From NCBI GenBank assembly GCA_965233585.1, contig CBDDTI010000747.1:128001-192000 (forward strand): DNA of 64,000 nucleotides, in the 5' to 3' direction. The position numbers and the translations under genes were made by a program. This DNA is from a bacterium (GTDB lineage Bacteria > SAR324 > NAC60-12). This document shows positions 40,074 through 49,263 of the stretch, piece by piece (the first letter of the stretch is position 1; each line of letters opens with the position of its first letter). The notes under the pieces were generated by a model. It did no database searches. It was not told the origin of the DNA and saw only the letters and a program-made list of their open reading frames with translations.

Positions 40074-41282
40074 GAAGACAGTGCGGGTTGCCAAATCTAC
40101 TATCACGACATTGGCGATTATTTGACAAGAGATGAAAAGCTAAAAATCATCAAAGGCTTTGGCAGCATGGCAGGCATTTCATCAGGCAAAACGTGGTCAG
40201 ACATTGGTTTTCATTCTGAAAAAGCAAGGTCTTTACAAACAGGCTGGCAAACCATCACACCAGACAAACATCACGATTGGATCAACCAACGAGACGACTC
40301 TTTCAATGACCACCTTCAAATTGGAAACAAAAAAGACAACACAGGCAAAGTTTTTTTTAAAAATTATTCAAGTGGTGTGATTACACAGCGTGATGTGTGG
40401 GTTTATCATTCTTCCAAAACGGAGTTGGAAACCAATGTCAGAGCCATGATTAATTTTTACAATTCCGAAGTGCGACGATGGCAAAAGTCCAATCAAAGTT
40501 TAGATGTCAAAGATTTTGTCAACAATGACCCTACTAAAATGGCTTGGATTAAGAAAAGTTATGATCAATGCAGACAAGCTAAAACTCATTCTTATCAAAG
40601 TCATTTTTTAACAATAAGTCTTTATCGTCCCTTTCAAAAGCAGTGGTTTTATTCTGATCTTTCATTAAGTCACAGTTTTTATTCCATGCCCCAAATCTTC
40701 CCTAATCCAGATTTGCCTAACAAAGTGATTTGTGTGAGTGGTGTTGGTTCTAACAAAGATTTTTCATGTCTCATAGCTGATACGTTGCCTGATATTCAGG
40801 TTATGTTTAATGGTCAATGTTTTCCGTTGTTTTTGTATGAGAAGGAAAAGAAAGATCAAAAAGAAATGTTAGAGGAAGAAAGACAAATTTTTCTGGAGAA
40901 TGGAGAGAGTTATCGGCAAACAGACGGCATCACTGACTTTGCGTTAAGGGAGTTTTTCGCGTTTTACTCTTCAGATGATTCCCTCCAGACAAGGAGGGTT
41001 AGGGAGGTTTTGAACAAAGAAAATATTTTTTATTATATTTATGGGATTTTGCATAGTGTGGAATATCGTGAGAAGTTTGCAGACAACTTAAGTAAGCAGT
41101 TGCCACGGATTCCAAAGGTCAAAAGTTTTGTAGACTTTCAAAAGTTTTCTCAAGCAGGTCGTGAGTTAGCAGACTTGCATTTGAATTATGAAAACGTCCC
41201 GCTTTATCCTGTCTCTTTTCAAACTTCATCAGCTTTGGAAGGCTTACAAGCGAAACCTGACGGGATAGTCCAGAACAAGAAT

Positions 41283-41309
41283 GAGATTGCGGGTCAAGCC
41301 CGCAATGAC
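41283..41309. repeat. Palindromic repeat inside the Type ISP gene next to the second frameshift
   Basis: GAGATTGCGGGTCAAGCCCGCAATGAC. Confidence 0.9.
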
Positions 41310-41731
41310 GCAGGAAGCGAGGGAAATGAACACCGCCAGCAATTACGTTCACAAGATGAAATTTGCCAACAAAGCAGACAAAAGCATCGTCATTTACAAC
41401 GAACACATCACGATTGCAGACATTCCACTGGAGGCTTACGATTACATCGTCAATGGCAAACCTGCGTTGGAATGGGTGATGGAAAGGCAAGGAGTCCGCA
41501 CTCACAAAGATTCGCAAATCACCAACGATGCCAATTTGTTTGCTACCGAAACGATGCACAATGCCAAATACCCGCTTGAACTCTTCTGCCGTGTCATCAC
41601 CGTCAGCCTTGAAACCATGAAGATTGTCAATCACTTGCCAAAATTGGAGTTTTAGATTTGTCTTTTGCTTTGCCTGTTCATTTTGCGTCAGGCAGGCAAT
41701 CAATTCTTTTTCTTTGTTTTGCCCTTGTCCC

Positions 41732-41845
41732 GTCATTGCGGGCTTGACCCGCAATCTCTTTTTTTCATTTTGTGTTCACTCTTTTTTGAGATTCCGTGTC
41801 AAGCACGGAATGACAGGAGGATTTTGAGACTTCGTGTCAAGCACT
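41732..41845. repeat. Inverted doublet of palindromic repeats plus a partial copy (intergenic)
   Basis: Copies at 41732-41758 and 41788-41814; partial at 41827. Confidence 0.92.
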
Positions 41846-41874
41846 CAAGTGGCTGAAGAAGGTTGCATCAATCA

Positions 41875-42207
41875 TCAGGCAGGCACAACCATTTTATCAC
41901 TCATAAAATCTTCTAAGGTTTTGATGATGTCTTCGTTTGCCCCTTGACCTTGCAAAGTTTGTTTTAAAACTTGAAAATCAGCATGTCTAAAGCTGTATGC
42001 TGTTCGTTCCCTATTTTCTATGGCTTGTTTCATCAGCCCAATCAGCTTGTCTTCTTCATCTTTTGGCATAGGAACGTAGTCATCTCCATTTTCTATGGAT
42101 TCAATCAATTCTTTTTCTTCGTCGTCAAGATAAGGGAAGTCATCAGTTTCTCCCCTTAAATATCTTTGGTATTGTTCTCTGTTTTTTTCTGTATCACGAT
42201 GATTCAT
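41875..42207 (-). CDS. Putative antitoxin paired with the BrnT-like toxin
   Basis: Acidic LDDEEKELIESIE segment; start overlaps the toxin stop codon. Confidence 0.6.
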   Translation of the reverse strand: MNHRDTEKNREQYQRYLRGETDDFPYLDDEEKELIESIENGDDYVPMPKDEEDKLIGLMKQAIENRERTAYSFRHADFQVLKQTLQGQGANEDIIKTLEDFMSDKMVVPA

Positions 42208-42506
42208 AATGACCTTTTAACGTTATAGATTTTATTATATTTCCTACTTTGATAGATTGTTTTTAAAAAAATTTTTGACCCATCATATACAAACGGGACG
42301 CAATTAATGTAATTTTCAATGAGAATGATTAACATCTTTTGATTTTTATAATTTGGGTTATCTATGATGCCAATATATTCATTTTGTCTTATTAGATTGG
42401 CAACCATCTTAAAACTGATTCCTCTTTCTCTCTTGAGCCAGTCATTTTTTAGTTCATTCCATTCAATCGGTATTTCCCCTATATTTTCAACCTCTAAAAC
42501 TTTCAT
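42204..42506 (-). CDS. BrnT-like (DUF497) ribonuclease toxin
   Basis: EWNELKNDWLKRERGISF...VPFV...IFLKTIYQSRK. Confidence 0.78.
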   Translation of the reverse strand: MKVLEVENIGEIPIEWNELKNDWLKRERGISFKMVANLIRQNEYIGIIDNPNYKNQKMLIILIENYINCVPFVYDGSKIFLKTIYQSRKYNKIYNVKRSL

Positions 42507-42556
42507 TTTGCATTAGGCATTCAATCCATTCTTTTTCTTTGTTGTCCCCTTGCCCC

Positions 42557-42622
42557 GTCATTACGGACTTATTCCGCAATCTCACTTCAGTTTTTGAGAT
42601 TCCGTGTCAGGCACGGAATGAC
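42557..42622. repeat. Inverted doublet of palindromic repeats between the two TA loci
   Basis: GTCATTACGGACTTATTCCGCAATCTC-12nt-GAGATTCCGTGTCAGGCACGGAATGAC. Confidence 0.9.
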
Positions 42623-42646
42623 GAAAGGAGTTTGCAGTTTGTTCCT

Positions 42647-43084
42647 TTAATTCAAAAAATCTTCTAAATACAAAATTTCTAAACCTTCAATCACTTTAAA
42701 TTGTTTATCATTTGTAACTATTGAAGAACAACCACTTTGTATTGCTGTTGCGATATGAATTGCATCAAAAAGTTTTATTTGATGTTCCGCTCTAATTTCT
42801 GATGACTTGATCAAGATTTCTGTATTTATTGGTTTACATTGGATGTAAGAATTAAAAAGTATCGCTTGCATATAAATCTCTTCTAATTTCTTATCTTTAT
42901 CTCGTTTTGGTTTGACCAAACATTCTGCAAGTGTCAATGAACTGGTAATCATTCCATTGACTCCAGTATCCAAATATTCAAGAAATTGATTTGCTAAATT
43001 TTCATATTTGCCTACTTCTTCAATCGCATATATGAATATGTTGGTATCAAAATATAGTAAATTACTAAAATAGTTGACTGTCAT
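42647..43084 (-). CDS. vapC: PIN-domain toxin
   Basis: YFDTNIFIY, TLAE, DAIHIATA, VTND. Confidence 0.88.
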   Translation of the reverse strand: MTVNYFSNLLYFDTNIFIYAIEEVGKYENLANQFLEYLDTGVNGMITSSLTLAECLVKPKRDKDKKLEEIYMQAILFNSYIQCKPINTEILIKSSEIRAEHQIKLFDAIHIATAIQSGCSSIVTNDKQFKVIEGLEILYLEDFLN

Positions 43085-43338
43085 TCACTTCTTAGATTGC
43101 GAATAAATGCATTCACTTCTTCAGTTGTTTCAAAACTCCTATGTTCTTTACCCATTCCCCACATACTTTTTAAATCAATATATTTCTTTTCTCTTGGCTG
43201 TATAGTTTGAGGCTCCAAAATGATTTTTCCATTTTCAGCTTTGGCTTCTAGGGTGTCTCCTTCACTAATTCCAATCTCTCTACGAACTGCAACAGGAATT
43301 GTAATTTGGCATTTTTGTTTGACTTTGACATAAGGCAT
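43081..43338 (-). CDS. AbrB/MazE-family antitoxin
   Basis: VKQKCQITIPVAVRREIGISEGD; GGAG RBS before ATG 43338. Confidence 0.88.
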   Translation of the reverse strand: MPYVKVKQKCQITIPVAVRREIGISEGDTLEAKAENGKIILEPQTIQPREKKYIDLKSMWGMGKEHRSFETTEEVNAFIRNLRSE

Positions 43339-43613
43339 GGCATTCTCCAGTTTGATGATAGAGTTAAAAAGCAAGAATTTAACAGATGAGAGACTTCATT
43401 GTAAAGACTTTGTCCTTCCTCAAATTCAAAAATTCTCTTCAAATCAAAGCCTTGTTTTCTTCCTTTGGGGAATTTATTTTTGACTGGTTCTTTAAGCGAG
43501 GAACAAGAATTTTTTAGGGTTTCAGGAGATTTTTGATTTTTTTGGTAACTCTTTCCTAACAATCTGCTATCATACTCTGGAATCGTTTGAAGGTTTGAAA
43601 ATCAGTTGAAGGA

Positions 43614-44054
43614 ATGAACATGAAAATATCTTGGAAGCACCTCATCATCTTGGCAGTCATTGCCCAAAGCAACTTGTTGGCACATCCTCATGCAACTCTC
43701 ACACTTGAAGACTTTTGGGTCAGGTGGGTTCCCCCTGTGTCTAAAGTGACAGCGATTTTTGGAGAGATTCACAACCCAGATTTCAAAGATGATTTGTTGC
43801 AGGACGTGACGTGTGGAGTCAGCGAAAAAGCAGAACTCCATCTTTCTAAAAAAGAGGGAGGTGTTGCCAAAATGATTCGTCAAGAGACTTTAGAAGTCCC
43901 ACCAGAGTCTTCCTTACTCTTGAAAAAAGGGTCTTATCATATTATGCTGATGGGGTTAAAAAGAGAGCTAAGTCAGGGCGATGAAATCTCTTGCACTTTT
44001 TCTTTTGAAAGGGCAGGACTCATTGATTTAGACATTCCTGTCAAAAAGCAATAA
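43614..44054 (+). CDS. Copper chaperone PCu(A)C family
   Basis: Signal peptide; WVR, AELH...M, YHIMLMGL. Confidence 0.85.
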   Translation: MNMKISWKHLIILAVIAQSNLLAHPHATLTLEDFWVRWVPPVSKVTAIFGEIHNPDFKDDLLQDVTCGVSEKAELHLSKKEGGVAKMIRQETLEVPPESSLLLKKGSYHIMLMGLKRELSQGDEISCTFSFERAGLIDLDIPVKKQ

Positions 44055-44223
44055 CCGATTTCTTCACATCAGTATCTCACTTTCCAAAATTGAATTTTCC
44101 AAGAACTTCCAAAGGCATTGTCAACGCATCTCAGATGAAAAAATTAAAAACAAGGTTTCATCAGTTTTTAAGTAGAGATAAGAGGCACTTGCGTTTTTTG
44201 AGTGCATTGAACCAGAATTAAGC

Positions 44224-46302
44224 ATGGCAAACTTATTCCAAAACATAGAACCACATCCACAAGCCCCGCTTGGTATTCACTGGCACGATGATGTCATCAC
44301 GTTGGGGATTTATGTCAAGAATGCCAAGACCGTTGAGTTTTTCTTTTATGACATTGCCTTTTGCACAGAACTGAAGCCCCAAGAACCTCTGGACTTCATT
44401 GTTTTAGAATCAGACTCAAATTTTGGTGAATTTTGGGGAGTTAGGGCGAAGTTGACACCTTCTACCTTCCGAAAGTTTGGCGTTGCCATCCGCATCTGGA
44501 TTCCTACCGAAGATGTCACAAAAGCCTTTTGGATTCTTGACCCTTACATGAGAGAAAGCATTGGCGGTCAATTTTGGGGGAATCCAAGATGTTTTGAGTT
44601 CACCAATGCCCATGCCAGAATGACGATTAAGCCTCATGTAGAACACCCTTCTCGCACCACACGTCGCCTGCAAGTCATTCGTCCTTCTCAATACAAACCT
44701 CGCCCTCTCAAACCTGACACCCCCAGAGAACGTACAGTCATTTATGAGTGCCATACTCGTGGCATCACCAAACACCCCTCTGCCCAATTTGCTAGTCCGC
44801 ACTCTGGCACATTTCGCGGCTTGACTGAATTGATTCCCCATCTGAAAGACTTGGGTATCACAGCGATTCAGTTGATGCCTGTTTTTGATTTTGATGAAAG
44901 TGAGAATCCTTTTTCTGCCCCAGATGGCAGCAAGCTGTACAATTTTTGGGGATATTCACCAATTAACTTTTTTGGGATTAAGCAGAATTATGCCTACGAC
45001 AAAGCACACCCATGCGACGAGTTTAAGTTCATGGTGGACTGCTTTCACTACGAACGAATAGAAGTGTATCTTGATGTAGTGTTTAATCACACGGCAGAAG
45101 GTGGAGCAGGAGGGGCGATAGATCATTTTAAGGTACTCAATCCAGACTGGTATCATTTTGACGAACAAGGGAATTTTCAAAATTATTCAGGGTGTGGAAA
45201 CTCTGTCAACGCTTCTCACCCAGCTGTCAGAACAATGATTGCTGATAGCTTGTCTTATTGGTCTAACGAGATGGGGGTAGATGGCTTTCGGTTTGATTTG
45301 GCTTGTGTTCTCAACAGAGACGAAGGAGGTCGTTTTGTAGAACGTTCGTCTTTCTTTCGTGCTTTGCAAGCAGACCCCAGATTGCAGGGAGTCAAACTGA
45401 TTGTAGAACCTTGGGACGCCGCAGGAGGCTACCAGCTTGGAGATTTTGCGTATCATGCAGATTGTATGGAATGGAATGGTCAATATCGCGATGCGGTGAG
45501 ATGTGCCATTCGTGGTGACCACGGTGTGTTGCAGAACATCAAAAATTGCTTATTGGGTAGCCCTCACATCTACCAATCTCCCCAGAAAGGTCAATCCTGT
45601 TCTGTCAACTTTGTCACTGCACACGATGGCATGACCTTGTGGGATTTGACTGTTTACAACACCAAGCACAATGAAGCTAATGGAGAAGACAACAGAGACG
45701 GTACAAACAATGATTATAGCCATAACTGCGGGGTAGAAGGAGAGACTGATGATGTGGAAATCAATCACCTGCGATTGAAAAAAATGCGAATGGCATACGC
45801 CTTGACTTTGATTTCGTCAGGGATTCCGATGTTCTTAGCAGGCGATGAGTTTGCAAGGACTCAGCAAGGCAACAACAACGCTTATGCACTAGACAATGAA
45901 ATCAGTTGGGTCAACTGGGATTTAAAAGCCAAAAATGAGAGTTTATTCCAGTTTGTGAAAAGTTGTATTGCTTTCAGGCAACTTTATCGCAACTTTTTTG
46001 ATGTCAGGCATGCCAAATATGAATGGTTTAATTCAGAAGGGAAAGAAGAAGATTTGGGGCATTACATCAGAACATTAGCCTTTCAACTTTCTAATGACAG
46101 GCAGGAATACCTCAAAAATCTCAAACTTTATGTCACCCTTAATTTTCACGAAGGAGAGGTTCAGTTCACCTTGCCCAAAGGAAACTGGCAACTTGTGTTA
46201 AATTCAGCACCTGACACACAAGAGTCATGCGAAAAAAGAATGCCTGCCAATCTGGTGTCTGTCCCTGCCTTTTCTCTTCAGGTTTTCAAACAGGAGTCTT
46301 GA
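44224..46302 (+). CDS. glgX: Glycogen debranching enzyme/isoamylase (GH13)
   Basis: NFWGY, DVVFNHTAE, NYSGCGN, DGFRFDLA, EPWD, NFVTAHDG. Confidence 0.92.
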   Translation: MANLFQNIEPHPQAPLGIHWHDDVITLGIYVKNAKTVEFFFYDIAFCTELKPQEPLDFIVLESDSNFGEFWGVRAKLTPSTFRKFGVAIRIWIPTEDVTKAFWILDPYMRESIGGQFWGNPRCFEFTNAHARMTIKPHVEHPSRTTRRLQVIRPSQYKPRPLKPDTPRERTVIYECHTRGITKHPSAQFASPHSGTFRGLTELIPHLKDLGITAIQLMPVFDFDESENPFSAPDGSKLYNFWGYSPINFFGIKQNYAYDKAHPCDEFKFMVDCFHYERIEVYLDVVFNHTAEGGAGGAIDHFKVLNPDWYHFDEQGNFQNYSGCGNSVNASHPAVRTMIADSLSYWSNEMGVDGFRFDLACVLNRDEGGRFVERSSFFRALQADPRLQGVKLIVEPWDAAGGYQLGDFAYHADCMEWNGQYRDAVRCAIRGDHGVLQNIKNCLLGSPHIYQSPQKGQSCSVNFVTAHDGMTLWDLTVYNTKHNEANGEDNRDGTNNDYSHNCGVEGETDDVEINHLRLKKMRMAYALTLISSGIPMFLAGDEFARTQQGNNNAYALDNEISWVNWDLKAKNESLFQFVKSCIAFRQLYRNFFDVRHAKYEWFNSEGKEEDLGHYIRTLAFQLSNDRQEYLKNLKLYVTLNFHEGEVQFTLPKGNWQLVLNSAPDTQESCEKRMPANLVSVPAFSLQVFKQES

Positions 46303-47367
46303 TCAAGTGAACGTTGATTGATTTGACGATTGAGCTGGATTGAAGAGACCTGCTGTTTCAGGAAAGCCGTGCATCAAGTTCAAATTTTGAACAGCTTGTC
46401 CACTTGCCCCTTTGAGCAAATTATCAATGGCAGTGACAACAATCAGATTCTGATTCTGCTCATCAGCACAAAATCCAATGCCACATCGGTTGGTGTGTTG
46501 CACCATCTTTAAACTTGGCAAGTTTCCATGTTCTGTCAAAAAAACAAAGGGGTTCTGTTCTGCAAACCTTTGAAACTTTTTAGAGACTGCCTCTGGTTGA
46601 ATGGGACTTTTAAATCGTAAGTAAATGGTGGACAAGATGCCTCTGTCAACAGGCAAAAGATGAGGTGTGAAAAGAACTTGACCTAAACGTCTGGACTGAT
46701 AGCTTCCAAATCTTTCCAACGCCTCTTGGATTTCAGGTTGATGTTGATGCTGGAAGACCTTATAAGCAGAGAAATTGTTGTAAACATTGATAAAGGAAAG
46801 ACTTGGGGATTCTGTGCGATTGCCTGCCCCAGATGCCCCAGATTTTGCGTCAATGATTGGAGGACTTGCAAGGTCTGAAAAGTAAGGAGCTAATGGAAGC
46901 AGTCCCAACAATGCCCCAGTGGGATAGCAACCGGGGTTCGCAACCAACGATGCACCTTTTAAATCGGAACGTGCATATTCTGACAACCCAAAGACTGCAC
47001 GTTCTAATAGTTCTGGTGCAGTGTGTTCCAACGCATAAAACTTTTCAAATTGCTTCACATTGCGCAAACGGAACACGCCTGAAAGGTCAATCAGTTGTTT
47101 GTTCTGCTTCAATAGCTTTGGCACAAGATTCAAACTGGCTTCATTTGGTACTGCTAAAAAGATGACATCACATGCTGAATAGTCTGTCTCGTGTGGTACA
47201 ACCTCGTAAGGAAGTCCTTGCAATGAAGGAATCACTTGTCCAATAGAACGTCCTGCATGTTGGTCTGAAGTGAGAATTTTGAGCTGAACGTGAGGGTGGG
47301 CATGCAAAATCTTTGTCAGCTCTAATCCTGACAAGCCTGTTGCTCCAATAATGCCAACATGAACCAT
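46303..47367 (-). CDS. argC: N-acetyl-gamma-glutamyl-phosphate reductase
   Basis: IIGATG, ANPGCYPT, DAKSG.SGAG, HQHQPEI, IDNLLKGASGQAVQN. Confidence 0.95.
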   Translation of the reverse strand: MVHVGIIGATGLSGLELTKILHAHPHVQLKILTSDQHAGRSIGQVIPSLQGLPYEVVPHETDYSACDVIFLAVPNEASLNLVPKLLKQNKQLIDLSGVFRLRNVKQFEKFYALEHTAPELLERAVFGLSEYARSDLKGASLVANPGCYPTGALLGLLPLAPYFSDLASPPIIDAKSGASGAGNRTESPSLSFINVYNNFSAYKVFQHQHQPEIQEALERFGSYQSRRLGQVLFTPHLLPVDRGILSTIYLRFKSPIQPEAVSKKFQRFAEQNPFVFLTEHGNLPSLKMVQHTNRCGIGFCADEQNQNLIVVTAIDNLLKGASGQAVQNLNLMHGFPETAGLFNPAQSSNQSTFT

Positions 47368-47448
47368 ATCTTTTCATCTCCTAAAAAATCAAAAAATGTT
47401 TAAAGTAAAGGGTTTCTGCCCCTTTTTCAAGACCAATTTTTTCCTAAC

Positions 47449-48672
47449 ATGAAGATTTTATTAGTCAGTGCCAATTTCCCACCTGAGGTCAACGCCCCTG
47501 CCTCCCGTGGTTGGGAACACTCAAAGCGTTGGGTCAAGAGAGGTGAGTTTGTGGAGGTTTTGACCGCTGTGCCAAGTTACCCTGAAGGGAAAGTGTATGA
47601 GGGCTTTCAAAACCGATGGACTCACACTGAACAAGAAGGGGTAGCTGTGGCAAGAGTCCCTATCTATCCATCAGAAAACAAGGGGACGTTCAAACGCATT
47701 CTAGGCTACCTTTCATTTATGATGAGTGCCATCGTTCATTCTTTCAAGTTGCAAAACAAGCCTGACGTGGTGATTGCAACCTCTCCACAATTATTCACAG
47801 CAGTTGCAGGATATGTGATTGCTAAAAAATTCCGTGTCCCTTTTGTGTTAGAAATCAGGGATTTATGGCCTGAATCCATTGAGGCGGTTGGGGCAATGCT
47901 TTCTTTTGCTCTCAAATGCTTCTATCAACTGGCGTTCTTTTTATACAAACAGGCAGACCAAATTGTTGTTGTGACTCAATCTTTCAAAGGTGAGATTGCT
48001 GCTAAGGGCATTGATGAGTCCAAAATCCACGTGATTCCGAACGGTGCAGATTTGGAATTTTGGACACAACCAGAAGAAAAAGATTTACTGGCATCACTTT
48101 TTGAACAGTATCAGATTGATGAGGATCGCTGGATTGTTGCATACATTGGCACAATCGGCATGGCACACCGTGCAGACATTTTGTATGAAGTGGCAAAGCA
48201 AGACCCTCATCAAAAAACGCTTTACTTGGTTGTTGGGGCAGGAGCAGAGTTTGAAACTTTGCAACAGAAGCCGTCTTTGCCTAACTTCCGACTGATTCCC
48301 AAAATTTCCAAAACACAAGTGAGACAACTCTTGAAACAGATTGATGTGTGTTTCATTCATCTTAAAAAAACACCTCTTTTTGAAACGGTTATTCCCTCCA
48401 AAATCTTTGAAGCCATGGCTGTTGGCAAACCGATCATTTTAGGTGTCAAAGGAGAGGCACAAGAGCTATTGTTAGAATCAGGTGCGGGGATTTGTATTGA
48501 GCCAGAATCTGTGAAAGACCTCATTAGTGCTGTGCAAAAGATGAGGACTGATAAAGAGATGGTCAAACAATATGGCAAAAATGGTCAAGATTATGTTAGA
48601 AAACATTACAGCCGCGAACAACTAGCAGAACAGTATCGCTTGCTCCTTCATCACATCTTTTCAAAAAAATAA
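47449..48672 (+). CDS. GT4 glycosyltransferase
   Basis: FPPEVNAPA, ATSPQ, EIRDLWPES, IPSKIFEAMA. Confidence 0.9.
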   Translation: MKILLVSANFPPEVNAPASRGWEHSKRWVKRGEFVEVLTAVPSYPEGKVYEGFQNRWTHTEQEGVAVARVPIYPSENKGTFKRILGYLSFMMSAIVHSFKLQNKPDVVIATSPQLFTAVAGYVIAKKFRVPFVLEIRDLWPESIEAVGAMLSFALKCFYQLAFFLYKQADQIVVVTQSFKGEIAAKGIDESKIHVIPNGADLEFWTQPEEKDLLASLFEQYQIDEDRWIVAYIGTIGMAHRADILYEVAKQDPHQKTLYLVVGAGAEFETLQQKPSLPNFRLIPKISKTQVRQLLKQIDVCFIHLKKTPLFETVIPSKIFEAMAVGKPIILGVKGEAQELLLESGAGICIEPESVKDLISAVQKMRTDKEMVKQYGKNGQDYVRKHYSREQLAEQYRLLLHHIFSKK

Positions 48673-48826
48673 AAAACATTTAAAAACAAAAAGAATCATT
48701 TGAAACAGCTGGATTGAAAAGTTTTTGAAGAAATGGTTCAAAAGTTGATGATTTTAAAAAAATTTTATGGCAACTGTGTTATCCTGATTGACTTTTAACA
48801 AAACAACATTGCAACATTGAGGATTT

Positions 48827-49189
48827 ATGAAAATTAACACGAACTTATCAGGACAGCCACTTTCCCAGACTTCAGAACGTGCCAACTCTCAATCTCCACT
48901 TTCTGCAGACCGTGTGAAGAAGATTAGGTCTGATTTTGAAAGTGAGAATCAAAGTTTACAGCAATCTTTAGGAAGTGAGGGCTTTCAAGCCACGCTTGTT
49001 GCAGTCTATGAAGGGACAGAACACATGGTCAACAAACCTTTGAGCGAGTTTGACATCGCCAGCTATTTGGAAACCATCAAAGACACTGCGCAATCATTGA
49101 GTGTACAGGGTGTTGGAATCAGTCAAATGCGTTCTACACTCATGCAACGTGCCAAAGATGAAGCATACCTTTTGTTGAAAAACATTTGA
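48827..49189 (+). CDS. Hypothetical protein (120 aa)
   Basis: GAGG RBS and clean ORF; no motif recognised. Confidence 0.6.
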   Translation: MKINTNLSGQPLSQTSERANSQSPLSADRVKKIRSDFESENQSLQQSLGSEGFQATLVAVYEGTEHMVNKPLSEFDIASYLETIKDTAQSLSVQGVGISQMRSTLMQRAKDEAYLLLKNI

Positions 49190-49263
49190 ATCCTTGAACA
49201 CTCTTTTTGCAAAAGGTTTGCAAAAACCCCGAAAAGTCATTGAGGAGTTGCCCCTGCGACTTC

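Larger units (their letters stand above)
36346..41655 (+). pseudogene. Type ISP restriction-modification enzyme (LlaGI/LlaBIII-like), split by two frameshifts
   Basis: Mrr-type nuclease (DTGIDLV...IQCKFY), SF2 ATPase (MACGTGKT, DEAH, TATP, QAVGRVMR), adenine MTase (DPFTGTG, NPPY), TRD, C-terminal YDYIVNGKPALEWVMER; frame breaks near 36873 and 41335. Confidence 0.88.

Noticed and set aside
41732..43374. Integron cassette array
   Set aside because: The repeats lack attC RYYYAAC/GTTRRRY ends and no integron integrase is in the window.
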